A DNA stretch of 64,000 nt from an uncultured Alphaproteobacteria bacterium (GTDB lineage: Bacteria > Pseudomonadota > Alphaproteobacteria > Rs-D84), in contig CALXXY010000001.1 of the NCBI GenBank assembly GCA_944392815.1, positions 5,141-69,140 of the forward strand, given 5' to 3'. This document shows positions 38,559-48,656 of this stretch, piece after piece. The first letter of the stretch is position 1; each line of letters begins with the position of its first letter. A program made the translations under genes and the position numbers. Under the pieces are notes generated by a model. It had not been told where the DNA came from. It was given only the letters and a program-made list of their open reading frames with translations, and did not search any database.

Positions 38559-39824
38559 TTATAACTGGATAAACCAATCTGGGTGTTGGGACAAATGTTC
38601 GATTCCGGCGTCCAGATTTTTACGGTATTCGATAAACTTTTCCTTGTCCGCGCTGCCCAGGTTGCTGATTGCCGGCAATTTAACTGTCATTGGGTTGACG
38701 TGTTTGCCGTCCTTGATAATTTCATAGTGTAAATGCGGGCCGGTGGACAGACCAGTTGAACCAACATATCCGATTGTTTGCCCCTGTTTCACTGTGGTGC
38801 CGACAACTACACCCTTGGCAAATTTGGACATATGCGCGTACAGTGTTTCAAACGATGCGTTGTGGCGCAATTTGATATAATTGCCGTGGCCACTGTTGTA
38901 TCCACGCGCGACAACGCGCCCCGCGCCCGCGGCAGGAATTGGTGTGCCGGTGGACGCGCGGAAATCGACGCCTTTGTGTGCGCGGGTATATCCCAACACA
39001 GGGTGTTTACGGCGATACGAAAAACTGCTGGTCACGCGGGCGTTATTAATTGGCGTACGTTTTAACGATTTTATCGCGCCATTGCCATTTTCATCATAGT
39101 ACCCGATTTTGCCGTCGGATTTTTTAAACCGATACATTTTGACATCGCCACGCAATGCCTGGAATTGCACGGCCAACACGTTGCCGTTGTCAACCTTTTG
39201 CCCGTCGGCAAAGTTTTCTTCGTACAATACGGAAAATTTCTGGCCGGCACGGACATCACGTTCAAAGTCCATTTCGAATGCCAATAAATCGTATACCTGG
39301 GCCAGGATACCTTCGGGTATGCTGGCACGGGCCCCAGCCAAATAAAAACTGTCGCCGTCCAGAATTTCCCCGGCACGATATACTGCGCGTTTATCCGGCT
39401 GGATTTCAACGGTTTCGCATGTCCAACCGCCGTCCGATAACGACGATATTTCAATCTGGCGCCAGGGGGACGGAATGATTACTATTTTGGACACAGGCGC
39501 GTCCGCGTCGTCACGAACAAATTCGATTTTATCGCTGTCTGCGCGCAAACTGGTGACAGATGCCTGGGATTTCAATACGTCCGCGATTTCCAGAACCTGG
39601 GCATTGGTGAATCCCTGGTCCGTTAATAATTTTGACAATGTATCACCAGACGACACATTTACAGTCAAAATATGCGACCCGTCGTCCGCGATTTGTATGC
39701 CGTCGCCGCCACCATTATTATGCGTGAATGCCAGCACAATCGCCACAAACACCAGTATTATCGCCAACCCGATAACGCCCCATGTGGCGTTGGTTAAATT
39801 CAGAATATCTTTTGCTTTTTTCAT
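38559..39824 (-). CDS. M23-family peptidoglycan endopeptidase with N-terminal signal anchor
   Basis: The C-terminal HKGVDFRASTGTPIPAAG...GHGNYIKLRH...GSTGLSTGPHLHYEI are the HxxxD and HxH M23 motifs. Start set at ATG 39822-39824 (MKKAKDILNL...signal anchor). The tool ORF extends to 40181. Confidence 0.8.
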   Translation of the reverse strand: MKKAKDILNLTNATWGVIGLAIILVFVAIVLAFTHNNGGGDGIQIADDGSHILTVNVSSGDTLSKLLTDQGFTNAQVLEIADVLKSQASVTSLRADSDKIEFVRDDADAPVSKIVIIPSPWRQIEISSLSDGGWTCETVEIQPDKRAVYRAGEILDGDSFYLAGARASIPEGILAQVYDLLAFEMDFERDVRAGQKFSVLYEENFADGQKVDNGNVLAVQFQALRGDVKMYRFKKSDGKIGYYDENGNGAIKSLKRTPINNARVTSSFSYRRKHPVLGYTRAHKGVDFRASTGTPIPAAGAGRVVARGYNSGHGNYIKLRHNASFETLYAHMSKFAKGVVVGTTVKQGQTIGYVGSTGLSTGPHLHYEIIKDGKHVNPMTVKLPAISNLGSADKEKFIEYRKNLDAGIEHLSQHPDWFIQL

Positions 39825-39845
39825 ACCGGCGATTATAATTGGTTC

Positions 39846-40616
39846 ATGACTAAAAATCAAGCATTTGAAATACTGGCGCGTGCGGGGAATATTCATGACG
39901 CACGGGTGATTATTGAAAACACTGAAAAGTTTTCGCGAATAAAAATTTGGCGCATGGCGCGGGCGTTGCGACGTGGGGTGCCTGTGGCGAAAATAATCCA
40001 TGTAAAATGGTTTTATGGGCTGAAATTTTATACCAATCGGCACACGTTGGATCCACGCCCAGATACAGAAACGTTGGTTGCGGCCGTTATCGCCGATTGT
40101 GGGGTGGGCGCGCGTCCCGCTGTATTGGATTTGGGCACAGGCACGGGGTGCATAATCGCGGCGTTGGTTAAAAATATTCATGGTGCGCGTGGGGTGGCGT
40201 TGGACGCGTCGCGTGCCGCTGTGCGGGTGGCGCGTCGTAATATGCGCGATTTGAAATTAAACGATTCTGTTCGTGTAATACATGGGAATTTTAATAATCC
40301 GCATGCTGTACGGGACGTGTTTGATATAATCGTGTCCAATCCACCATACATAGCAATTGGTGACGCGCGTGTGAATATTGGCGCGACGTATGATCCGCGA
40401 CGTGCGCTGTATGCCCAGAACAATGGTTTGGCGGCATACGAATCAATTGCAAAAAATGCACGCGCTTGGTTGCGCAGCGGCGGGAAAATATACGTTGAAA
40501 TCGGCGACGGCATGATGGGTGACGTGCGTGATATATTTGACCGCGCCGGGTGGAAATTCGGGCGCGCGGAACGCGACCTGGGGGGAATTATACGCGTGTT
40601 GGTGTTTGAAAAATAA
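39846..40616 (+). CDS. prmC: release factor glutamine methyltransferase PrmC/HemK (short N-domain)
   Basis: NPPY motif (IVSNPPYI), SAM-binding LDLGTGTGCI and LDPRPDTE upstream. The N-terminal domain appears shortened. Confidence 0.8.
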   Translation: MTKNQAFEILARAGNIHDARVIIENTEKFSRIKIWRMARALRRGVPVAKIIHVKWFYGLKFYTNRHTLDPRPDTETLVAAVIADCGVGARPAVLDLGTGTGCIIAALVKNIHGARGVALDASRAAVRVARRNMRDLKLNDSVRVIHGNFNNPHAVRDVFDIIVSNPPYIAIGDARVNIGATYDPRRALYAQNNGLAAYESIAKNARAWLRSGGKIYVEIGDGMMGDVRDIFDRAGWKFGRAERDLGGIIRVLVFEK

Positions 40617-40618
40617 AG

Positions 40619-41266
40619 TTATTTAAAATACGGATTTTCGCGTTTCAGTATGCCGATTGTTGAATCAACACCGTGACCGTGCACCGCATATGTTTCATCG
40701 GGCAAATTTAATTCATATACTTTGGAAATAGATTGCCACAGTGCATTTGCGTCACCGCCCGGCAAATCATACCGCCCAAATCCGTCACGAAACAGTGTGT
40801 CACCAGTGATTAAAATACCAAAATCTGGGAAATAATACATTACCCCGCCCGGCGTATGCCCGGGCGTTTCAATCACGTCCATGGTGACGCCAGGCAAAAT
40901 TTGAATTGTATCGGCACCGATATCAGTTGGGCGACGATAACCAGGTTCAATTTGCGGCAACCCGAAACCGGCCAGCAAATTATTAGACCACGAAATTAAA
41001 TCGTCATCTTCGCTGTTTAAATACCACGGAACGTCGTATTTTTCGGCCAATGCCGGGGCGGCAGCGATATGATCGCCGTGTCCATGCGTTGAATATATTG
41101 CACGCAATTGCAGTCCGCGTGACGTTAACAAATTTTCCCAATCGGCAACATTGCCCCATGCGTCAAAAATTACTGCGTCATTACCACACGTCACCAATAC
41201 CGAATTAGTATTTTCGGGAGGCATATGCAATATTTCAAATTTTGGTTCAGCGTTATTTTGTGGCAT
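40619..41266 (-). CDS. MBL-fold hydrolase (hydroxyacylglutathione hydrolase-like)
   Basis: HGHGDHIAAA metallo-beta-lactamase motif. The tool ORF reaches 41362 via a GTG and a basic extension. The internal Met MPQNNAEPKF near 41266 is the likelier start. Confidence 0.7.
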   Translation of the reverse strand: MPQNNAEPKFEILHMPPENTNSVLVTCGNDAVIFDAWGNVADWENLLTSRGLQLRAIYSTHGHGDHIAAAPALAEKYDVPWYLNSEDDDLISWSNNLLAGFGLPQIEPGYRRPTDIGADTIQILPGVTMDVIETPGHTPGGVMYYFPDFGILITGDTLFRDGFGRYDLPGGDANALWQSISKVYELNLPDETYAVHGHGVDSTIGILKRENPYFK

Positions 41267-43190
41267 TTGTTTTTGCTTTTTTAGTGGCTGATTTTTTGAC
41301 CGATTTTTTTGCCGATTTTTGCACAGCGGATTTACCCGATACAATTGCGCGGATTTCGTCACCAGTCAATGTTTCGCGTGCCAATAATTCTTCGGCCAGT
41401 TTGCGAACTGTTTCTTTGTTTTTGGCCAGCATTCGCGTCGCGTCCGCGTGTGCGGCGTCCAGCCATGCTTTTACTTCGGCGTCAACCATTTCGGCTGTTT
41501 TTTCAGACGCGTTTTCCAACGCGCTGCGCGTACCAAAATTATTTACCTGGTTAATCGCGGCCAGACCAACTTTGTCCGACAACCCGGCCGTTGTTATCGA
41601 ATACCGCGCCAGACGTGTTGCCATGGCGATATCACTTTCCGCGCCGGTGGTAATGTTGTCCGGGCCGAAAAAGATTTCTTCGGCACTGCGGCCCGCCAAC
41701 GAAATCGCCAGATTGGCGCGAACCTCGGCAATGGTCATGGAAACTTTGTCATCGATTGGCAAATGTTGCACCATGCCCAGCGCACGACCACGCGGGATAA
41801 TTGTGGCCTTGTGTATTGGGTCGGTTATGTCCGAATACATAATGCTGACGAACGCATGGCCGGCCTCGTGATAGGCGGTCAGTTTAATATCCTGGGGGCG
41901 CATTTTGCGAACCTTGCGCGGGCCCATCAGGATTTTATCGCGCGCCTCTTCTACGTCAACGGCGGTGATTTCTGTGCGGTCATTTCGCACGGCATGCAGG
42001 GCGGCCTCGTTCAACAGATTTTCCAAATCCGCACCGGAAAATCCAGTTGTACCACGCGCCAAATCCTGCAGATTTACGTCGGCGGCAACCTTTACCTTTT
42101 TGGCATACAAATCCAGAATTTCGCGACGTCCCGCCAAATCGGGTAATTCGATGTATACCTGGCGATCAAAACGGCCGGGGCGCAACAACGCAGGATCCAA
42201 CATATCCGCACGATTTGTTGCACCGATGACTATGATGCCTGTATTGTTGGCGAATCCGTCCATTTCAATCAATAACTGGTTCAATGTTTGTTCGCGGTCC
42301 TGGTCGTTATAAGAACTGGTACTGCGGCGCTGGCCAATGGCGTCGATTTCATCGATGAATAATATGCATGGCGCGTTGCGCTTTGCCATGTCAAAGATTT
42401 CCTTTATCTTGGCCACACCCAGCCCCACAATAATACCGGAAAAATCACTGCCGGACGCGGCAAAAAACGGGACGTTGGCTTCGCCGGCGATGGCACGTGC
42501 CAATAAAGTTTTTCCTGTGCCTGGTTCCCCGGACAGCAATATGCCACGTGGCACACGCGCACCGACGTCACGGAATTTTTTGCCGTCTTTCAGAAAATCA
42601 ACTATTTCCATTAATTCCTGTTTTTCAGAATCTATGCCGGCGACATCTTTGAACGTAGTTTTTGTTTTGCCGGTGGTAATTCTGGTCGGGTTTTGTTGTG
42701 CCAAACTGCGCCCCAGGCCAGCGGCACCACCGCGAAATCCGCGGAATATCCACCATATGAAAAACAACCCCATCAAAATAGGCACCCATGTCCCCAGGTA
42801 ATCCACCCATGTTTTTGACGTATCAATCGAAATAGTCGCACCATTTTGTGCAATTTGACTTAATAATTCAGGGTCGTATGTAATGGTTGCCGTATATGGT
42901 GTGCCATCGGTCAGGGTGCCGGCCGCGTCACTGCCACGAATTTCCATCGTTTTAATTTCTGATGCACGGTTCAAAACATCTGAAAAACTTAATTCAATTG
43001 GTGCGGCCACAGGTTGACCATTTGCCAACAGTCCCGGCGCACCAACCGGCCCCGTGAATGACCGTGCTATCATCGCAACAAACAAAGCCGCGAAAATTAT
43101 CAAGAAAATATTCCCACCACCGGTTGCGCGGGCGAATTTATTTTTGCGTGTCGATTTTTTCTGATTTAATGTTTGATTTTCGTTTTCCAT
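41253..43190 (-). CDS. ftsH: ATP-dependent zinc metalloprotease FtsH
   Basis: AAA Walker A GEPGTGKT, SRH, zinc-binding HEAGHA and two TM helices at the N-terminus. Length is 645 aa. Confidence 0.95.
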   Translation of the reverse strand: MENENQTLNQKKSTRKNKFARATGGGNIFLIIFAALFVAMIARSFTGPVGAPGLLANGQPVAAPIELSFSDVLNRASEIKTMEIRGSDAAGTLTDGTPYTATITYDPELLSQIAQNGATISIDTSKTWVDYLGTWVPILMGLFFIWWIFRGFRGGAAGLGRSLAQQNPTRITTGKTKTTFKDVAGIDSEKQELMEIVDFLKDGKKFRDVGARVPRGILLSGEPGTGKTLLARAIAGEANVPFFAASGSDFSGIIVGLGVAKIKEIFDMAKRNAPCILFIDEIDAIGQRRSTSSYNDQDREQTLNQLLIEMDGFANNTGIIVIGATNRADMLDPALLRPGRFDRQVYIELPDLAGRREILDLYAKKVKVAADVNLQDLARGTTGFSGADLENLLNEAALHAVRNDRTEITAVDVEEARDKILMGPRKVRKMRPQDIKLTAYHEAGHAFVSIMYSDITDPIHKATIIPRGRALGMVQHLPIDDKVSMTIAEVRANLAISLAGRSAEEIFFGPDNITTGAESDIAMATRLARYSITTAGLSDKVGLAAINQVNNFGTRSALENASEKTAEMVDAEVKAWLDAAHADATRMLAKNKETVRKLAEELLARETLTGDEIRAIVSGKSAVQKSAKKSVKKSATKKAKTNATK

Positions 43191-44142
43191 GTTTTGTCCT
43201 GAAACTTGTTTTATTTCCCTCGGGTACGATTAAAATACGCTGGCCCAGGCGACGAATTGTGCAATGTCCCAACGTGAATTTACAATCGCGCTGCAAATTA
43301 CGTAGTGCATTTGACAAAGAATTCAAGCGCGGCTGATATTCATTCCCCCCAATCTGTTGAATTAACGTTCCCAGAAACTTTAGCCCAATATCCGGGGCCA
43401 GGTCAAACAGAAAAGTTGCATCAAATACTGCGCGCCGGTTATCCGTCACAGACGCAATCATATCCGCGATTTTTTTATCCACTGCGTCGCGAACACGCCC
43501 CAGATTATTAATGGCCAATAAAATGCGCGCGTCACTGATACCCAGCGCGCCCGACAACAAATGTCTGTTTTTGCGAATGCGAACCCGGGTATATTGCGTA
43601 TCGTCGTTCATTTCGTCCATAAAATATTTAATGCCGTTGTCATCGCAATATTTTTTCAGTTCCGCGCGCGATACGTCCAACAGGGGTCGAACTATTTTTA
43701 CCCCATCGCGCCATGTCACACGACGCATGGCCGCCAATCCGTACAGGCCGCTGCCCCGCCCCAAATTCATTAAAAACGTTTCGATTTGATCGTCGGATTG
43801 GTGCGCGGTTAATAATGCGTCCTGGCCATTTTCACGACAAAAATCCGTCATAAACTTATATCGGGCGGTGCGGGCCGCGGCCTCGAGCCCTGATGTGGGT
43901 TTGTCGCCCGACCAATAAAAGATTTTGCACGGCACACCCAATTTCGCACATAAATCACGTACGTACTGGGTTTCTGTTTCTGCGTTTGGGCGCAATCCAT
44001 GATTTACGTGCAAACACGTGACAGACGCACCACACGCCGCCAACCAGCACAGCAGGCATACAGAATCCACCCCGCCACTGACCGCCACCGCCAGGCGTGC
44101 ATTCGCGTATTCGCGCATAAAATCTAAAAACTTTTGATTCAT
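43138..44142 (-). CDS. tilS: tRNA(Ile)-lysidine synthetase
   Basis: PP-loop SGGVDS near the N-terminus. The conserved tilS-ftsH arrangement is present. The 53-nt overlap suggests ftsH initiates internally. Confidence 0.85.
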   Translation of the reverse strand: MNQKFLDFMREYANARLAVAVSGGVDSVCLLCWLAACGASVTCLHVNHGLRPNAETETQYVRDLCAKLGVPCKIFYWSGDKPTSGLEAAARTARYKFMTDFCRENGQDALLTAHQSDDQIETFLMNLGRGSGLYGLAAMRRVTWRDGVKIVRPLLDVSRAELKKYCDDNGIKYFMDEMNDDTQYTRVRIRKNRHLLSGALGISDARILLAINNLGRVRDAVDKKIADMIASVTDNRRAVFDATFLFDLAPDIGLKFLGTLIQQIGGNEYQPRLNSLSNALRNLQRDCKFTLGHCTIRRLGQRILIVPEGNKTSFRTKHGKRKSNIKSEKIDTQK

Positions 44143-44191
44143 AATATCGGCATTTTATGATATAATCTGCAAAAATAAAGGAAAAAGAGCA

Positions 44192-44749
44192 ATGGTGTGT
44201 AAGCTGAAATCTATTGCCGTGTATTGTGGGCACCAATTTGGGGCCGACCCGCGGTTCGCGATGGACGCGGCGACAATCGGGGAATTTTTGGGCAAAAACA
44301 AAATTCGCATGGTATTTGGTGGCGGAAATGTGGGACTGATGGGAACGGTGGCCACCGCTGCATTGGACGCAGGCGGGCACGTTATCGGCGTTTCCACAAA
44401 CAACGTGATTGAAAAACAGGAACCTGTGCACAGTGGTGTTGATGTGACTGTTGTCGATGGCGTCAATGACAGAAAACAAAAAATGTTTGAATTGTCGGAC
44501 GCGTTCATTATTTTGCCGGGCGGAATCGGGACACTGAACGAATTAACCGACATCATGACAATGCAACAAATCGGCGAATCAAAAAAACCGCTGTTTTTCC
44601 TGAATACCGCAGGTTTTTGGATTCCATTTGTGCGTTTGTTTATTCATATGCAAAAATCTGGATTTATCGAAAGTATTCACGATTACAATATTCACGGCGC
44701 AAATACTGTCGATGATTTAGTGAAACGTATTTTGAATTATAAAAATTAA
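44192..44749 (+). CDS. LOG-family cytokinin riboside 5'-monophosphate phosphoribohydrolase-like protein
   Basis: GGGNVGLMG and PGGIGTLNE motifs. Confidence 0.8.
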   Translation: MVCKLKSIAVYCGHQFGADPRFAMDAATIGEFLGKNKIRMVFGGGNVGLMGTVATAALDAGGHVIGVSTNNVIEKQEPVHSGVDVTVVDGVNDRKQKMFELSDAFIILPGGIGTLNELTDIMTMQQIGESKKPLFFLNTAGFWIPFVRLFIHMQKSGFIESIHDYNIHGANTVDDLVKRILNYKN

Positions 44750-44979
44750 ACACGAATAACTTTGTCACGTGACGTGGCACCACGGACGATTTCTATGCTG
44801 GATTTGGGTACATCAAAGTATTCGGCCAGCATTTTTATTACCGCCGCGTTTGCCGCCCCGTCTGTGGGGGCGGCGGTTGTGTGCACACGCAACGCACCGT
44901 TTTCGTCAACAGTGATTTCATTGCGACGTGCGCGCGGTATTACGCGGACATTAAAAATCCGTTTTGAATCGTTCATCAC
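44746..44979 (-). CDS. DUF167 (YggU-like) protein
   Basis: 77 aa. NVRVIPRARRNEI...ALRVHTTAAPTDGAAN matches DUF167. Confidence 0.65.
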   Translation of the reverse strand: MMNDSKRIFNVRVIPRARRNEITVDENGALRVHTTAAPTDGAANAAVIKMLAEYFDVPKSSIEIVRGATSRDKVIRV

Positions 44980-45298
44980 TCATAATATGCACATGGAAAT
45001 GAAACACACTTTGGCCAGCGCCGGCCCCAGTATTCGCAACCGTGCGAAAATTATCGCGCAGCCCCAATATGTCCACAGTTTTGCGCACGGCCGCCCAAAA
45101 TCCGGCCTGTAATTCCGCAGGGGCGTTGGCAGAAAAATCATAGATGTCTGTGTATTCGCCCTTTGGTACAACCAAAACGTGCGTTTTTGCGCGGGGTGCG
45201 ATATTCTGAAACGCCAGCGCAAAATCATCTTCGAAAATTTTGGTTGATGGCGCGTCGCCCCGCAGAATTTTTGCAAATATATTATCTTTGTCGTACAT
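44951..45298 (-). CDS. HIT-family (histidine triad) hydrolase
   Basis: HFHVHIM histidine triad motif. Length is 115 aa. Confidence 0.8.
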   Translation of the reverse strand: MYDKDNIFAKILRGDAPSTKIFEDDFALAFQNIAPRAKTHVLVVPKGEYTDIYDFSANAPAELQAGFWAAVRKTVDILGLRDNFRTVANTGAGAGQSVFHFHVHIMSDERFKTDF

Positions 45299-45356
45299 GA
45301 TTTACCCCCTGTATTTCACCCCACAGCGTATTATATACTGTGGATAAAATCAAGCA

Positions 45357-45385
45357 CTTGAAATCGTAATGTGGTGCACTATATT
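45357..45385 (+). promoter_or_regulatory. sigma32-type heat-shock promoter for groESL (CTTGAAA-N14-CACTATAT)
   Basis: cttgaaa at 45357-45363 matches the RpoH -35 consensus, with a CYTAT-like -10 14 nt downstream. No CIRCE inverted repeat is present. An AAAAGGAG RBS lies 9 nt before the groES ATG. Confidence 0.45.
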
Positions 45386-45426
45386 CACCCCTGACGAAGT
45401 TATAGACATAAAAGGAGAATGAAATT

Positions 45427-45714
45427 ATGTTCAAACCTTTGCATAACTATGTTCTGTTGGAACGTATAGAAGAAGAAAACAAAACAGCCGGCGGAATTAT
45501 TATCCCTGATAATGCCAAAGAAAAACCGTCCCGTGGTCGTGTTATCGCGGTGGGCGATGGCGCATTTGATGGCGACGACAGGGTTCCTATGACTGTCCAG
45601 GTTGGTAATGTGGTATTATTTGCAAAATGGGCCGCGTCCGCGAACGAGGTCAAAATTGACGGCAAAGATTATGTGCTGGTCAAAGAAACTGATATTTTGG
45701 GAATTTTGGAATAA
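45427..45714 (+). CDS. groES: co-chaperonin GroES
   Basis: 95 aa. MFKPLHNYVLLERIEEENKTAGGIIIPD is the canonical GroES sequence. Confidence 0.95.
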   Translation: MFKPLHNYVLLERIEEENKTAGGIIIPDNAKEKPSRGRVIAVGDGAFDGDDRVPMTVQVGNVVLFAKWAASANEVKIDGKDYVLVKETDILGILE

Positions 45715-45732
45715 TCAAAGGATAAATACATC

Positions 45733-47349
45733 ATGGCAAAAGAAATTGTTTTTGATACAGATAAAATGGTGGCAGGGGTCGATAAATTGGCCAATGCCGT
45801 TAAAATTACTATGGGCCCCAAGGGTCGCACTGTTGTGATTGATAAATCGTACGGCGCGCCTGTTGCGACAAAAGATGGTGTGACCGTCGCCAAAGCGGTA
45901 TCGTTAAAAGATCCCCAGGAAAACATTGGTGCGCGCATGGTTCAGGAAGTTGCCAAAAAGGCCGGCGATGACGCTGGTGACGGCACGACCACTGCAACCG
46001 TATTGGCGCAAAAAATTATTCGCGAAGGTCGCCGTGTAATCGCGGCCGGTATGAATCCTATGGACGTGAAACGCGGTATTGATATCGCAACAGCCGCCGT
46101 CGTGGCCGACATCGAAAAACACGCACGCCCGGTCAAGGACAGCGCTGAAATTGCCCAGGTTGCAACAATTTCCGCAAATTCAGATTCTGAAATTGGTGAA
46201 AAAATTGCCGGCGCCATGGAAAAAGTTGGCAAAGAAGGCGTTATCACCGTCGAAGAGGCCAAAGGTCTGGAAACAGAAATCGACGTTGTCGAAGGCATGC
46301 AATTCGACCAGGGTTTCATGTCGCCCTATTTCGTGACCAACAGCGAAAAAATGTTGGCTGAATTGGACGGCGCGCAAATTTTGGTGTCTGAAAAGAAAAT
46401 CACAGGGCTGCAGGCATTGTTGCCTATATTGGAACCTGTGGCGCAATCCGGCCGGCCGTTGCTGATTATCGCCGAAGACGTCGAATCCGAAGCGTTGGCA
46501 ACATTGGTTTTGAACAAACTGCGTGGCGGATTAAAAGTTTGCGCAGTCAAAGCCCCGGGATTCGGCGACAGACGCAAAGAAATGTTAAAAGATATCGCCG
46601 CTGTCACCGGTGCAACTGTGATTTCTGACGATATGGGCATGACATTTGAAAATATTACACCGGACGTTTTGGGCAGTGCTAAAAAAGTCGTTGTGGCCAA
46701 AGATTCAACTCTGTTGGCACAGGGCAATGGCGACAAAGCGGCCATTAATGCACGCGCGGACGAAATCCGTAAATTAATGTCCACCAGCACCAGCGATTAT
46801 GACCGCGAAAAATTGGCGGAACGTTTGGCTAAACTGGTCGGTGGCGTCGCTGTTATCAAAGTCGGCGGCATGACCGAGGTCGAAGTCAAAGAAAAGAAAG
46901 ACCGCGTTGACGACGCGTTGGCTGCAACACGCGCCGCCGTGGCCGAAGGCATCGTTGCCGGGGGCGGAATCGCACTGGTTCGCGCAACGGCCGCGTTGGA
47001 AAAATTGACTGGGGCGAACACGGACCAAAATGTCGGTATCGACATTGTACGCCGTGCGCTGGTTGCACCATGCGCCCAGATTGCTGAAAACGCGGGCGTG
47101 TCGGGCGAAATTGTCGTTGGCAAAGTTATGGACGCCAAAGATTACAATTTCGGATACAACGCGCAAACTGGCGAATATGTCGATATGATGAAATCCGGTA
47201 TTATCGATCCGGCCAAGGTTGTAAAAACAGCCATACAGGCCGCAGCCAGCACAGCAGGCGTATTGCTGACGACTGGCGCAGTAATGTCCGATATACCCGA
47301 GGATAAACCCGCCCCGCAAATGGGTGGCGGCATGCCGGGCATGATGTAA
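45733..47349 (+). CDS. groEL: chaperonin GroEL
   Basis: 538 aa with canonical GroEL sequence and a GGM-type C-terminal tail (MGGGMPGMM). Confidence 0.97.
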   Translation: MAKEIVFDTDKMVAGVDKLANAVKITMGPKGRTVVIDKSYGAPVATKDGVTVAKAVSLKDPQENIGARMVQEVAKKAGDDAGDGTTTATVLAQKIIREGRRVIAAGMNPMDVKRGIDIATAAVVADIEKHARPVKDSAEIAQVATISANSDSEIGEKIAGAMEKVGKEGVITVEEAKGLETEIDVVEGMQFDQGFMSPYFVTNSEKMLAELDGAQILVSEKKITGLQALLPILEPVAQSGRPLLIIAEDVESEALATLVLNKLRGGLKVCAVKAPGFGDRRKEMLKDIAAVTGATVISDDMGMTFENITPDVLGSAKKVVVAKDSTLLAQGNGDKAAINARADEIRKLMSTSTSDYDREKLAERLAKLVGGVAVIKVGGMTEVEVKEKKDRVDDALAATRAAVAEGIVAGGGIALVRATAALEKLTGANTDQNVGIDIVRRALVAPCAQIAENAGVSGEIVVGKVMDAKDYNFGYNAQTGEYVDMMKSGIIDPAKVVKTAIQAAASTAGVLLTTGAVMSDIPEDKPAPQMGGGMPGMM

Positions 47350-47380
47350 TAAAAACGGGGCGTCTGCCCCGTTTTTATTA
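47350..47380 (+). terminator. rho-independent terminator downstream of groEL
   Basis: aaaaacggggcgtctgccccgttttt hairpin directly after the stop codon. Confidence 0.7.
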
Positions 47381-47800
47381 GAGTGTAGAGTGGAGAGTAT
47401 AGAGTGTAGATAATGTCTGCGGGCGAATGCCCGCAGTGCTTTTTTATTTACTGGATCGCCACGCTTTGCTCGCGATGACAATGGAGAGTAAGTGCATATT
47501 CTTGAACTCTCTCACCACCCCGCCCTGCGGGCACCCCTCCAATGGAGGGGAACTGATTCCGCGACGGGACGAAAGCCAAGTTCCCCTCTGCGGAGGGGTG
47601 CCGGCTATGCCGGCGGGGTGGTCATTGTGCCCCACCCCCCGTCGTGCTCTGCACGACACCCCCCGCCCAGAACCACCCACGCAAACTATGTTTGCGCGGG
47701 GCCCGGTGTGGCGGTGGGCATTCTGATATTTCACCATTCGTATGCCACTGCCCCAACATGGGGCGGGGGGTATTCGGGTGCAGGATTTTAATTTGCGGGG
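47379..47800. repeat. mosaic palindromic intergenic repeat element, copy 5 (about 420 bp, the longest)
   Basis: Contains the gagtgtagagt tandem, gtctgcgggc-N-gcccgcagtgc, tttactggatcgccacgctttgctcgcgatgacaa and cttgaactctctcaccaccccgccctgcgggcacccctccaatggaggggaac...ttcccctctgcggaggggtgccggctatgccggcggggtgg. A cggtgtggcggtgggcattc module is shared with copies 2 and 3. Confidence 0.85.
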
Positions 47801-48024
47801 GTGACGATTGTACCGCCGCCGGGCAGAACTGGTGTGATTTCGCCGCCGGGAACGGGGTCAAACGTACATGGTGCGGCTAGTGTTGTGGCGCACGCAACGC
47901 CGCACAACATGGGAATAACCGGGTGCTATGTCCAGGCCCAGGATACTTTTTATGACCCCAGCGGGACGTGGGTTTATGATTCTGATTGCCCATACTATCC
48001 AGAATAGTAATCCGAAACAGATAT

Positions 48025-48062
48025 AAAAAATGGCGCGATATTTTTATTGCGCCATTTTTTAG
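48025..48062 (-). terminator. rho-independent terminator downstream of the YkgJ-like gene
   Basis: atggcgc-N-gcgccat hairpin flanked by an A-run and a T-run. Confidence 0.5.
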
Positions 48063-48067
48063 TGTAA

Positions 48068-48610
48068 TTAATGCTGGTTTTGTTTTTTGGCCCAGCGGGT
48101 AATTACATCGTTATTGAATTTTTCATATTTATCGCGCAATTCAATTGAACGTGTGCACCATTGCGATGATTCTGGGATTACAAAATCCCACGGGCCGGGC
48201 AATGTGTTTGCGCGGCGTGGTGAATCATTGTTGTCGTCCGATGTGGCGGACATTTTTGTCAATTCTGTTTCAGATATGATTTTTTTATAGTCCGGTTTTA
48301 TTTGCGTTTCCGCCGGTCCATAAATATATTCTATGTACCCGCATGAATTTGGCATTAATCCAGAACGCAATACCACCGGCACATTTACTTTGTTGCAATA
48401 TATACGGTGGTTCAGACGCGTGTTGTATACCCTGCACCGTTGGGTGTCCAGGTTTAAATTTTTGCATGCGACACTGGTATAATACACGCCCGCACGACGC
48501 GTATGTTTCAACAGGCAACATACACCACAACCCTTGCACAAAGATTCCCATTGTTCGTCGTTCAATGTGGCCAGTTTTTCTATGCGTTCCTGAATTTGTT
48601 TTTCTGTCAT
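48068..48610 (-). CDS. YkgJ/UPF0153-like Cys-cluster (CxxCxxCC) protein
   Basis: The CKGCGVCCLLK N-terminal cluster is typical of the zinc/iron-chelating YkgJ family. Length is 180 aa. Confidence 0.5.
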   Translation of the reverse strand: MTEKQIQERIEKLATLNDEQWESLCKGCGVCCLLKHTRRAGVYYTSVACKNLNLDTQRCRVYNTRLNHRIYCNKVNVPVVLRSGLMPNSCGYIEYIYGPAETQIKPDYKKIISETELTKMSATSDDNNDSPRRANTLPGPWDFVIPESSQWCTRSIELRDKYEKFNNDVITRWAKKQNQH

Positions 48611-48656
48611 GATTATTTATTATCCTTTTGTTATAACGGTTTGTGATAGCCCCCTT

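Noticed and set aside
43138-43190. 53-nt tilS/ftsH overlap and gloB/ftsH overlap as possible frameshift or pseudogene signals
   Set aside because: Both are explained by over-extended N-termini of the tool ORFs (ftsH and gloB-like probably initiate at internal Met codons). All conserved motifs are intact.
45321-45343. Possible CIRCE/HrcA operator upstream of groES
   Set aside because: The inverted repeat ccacag-N11-ctgtgg does not match the CIRCE consensus TTAGCACTC-N9-GAGTGCTAA. A sigma32-type promoter fits better.
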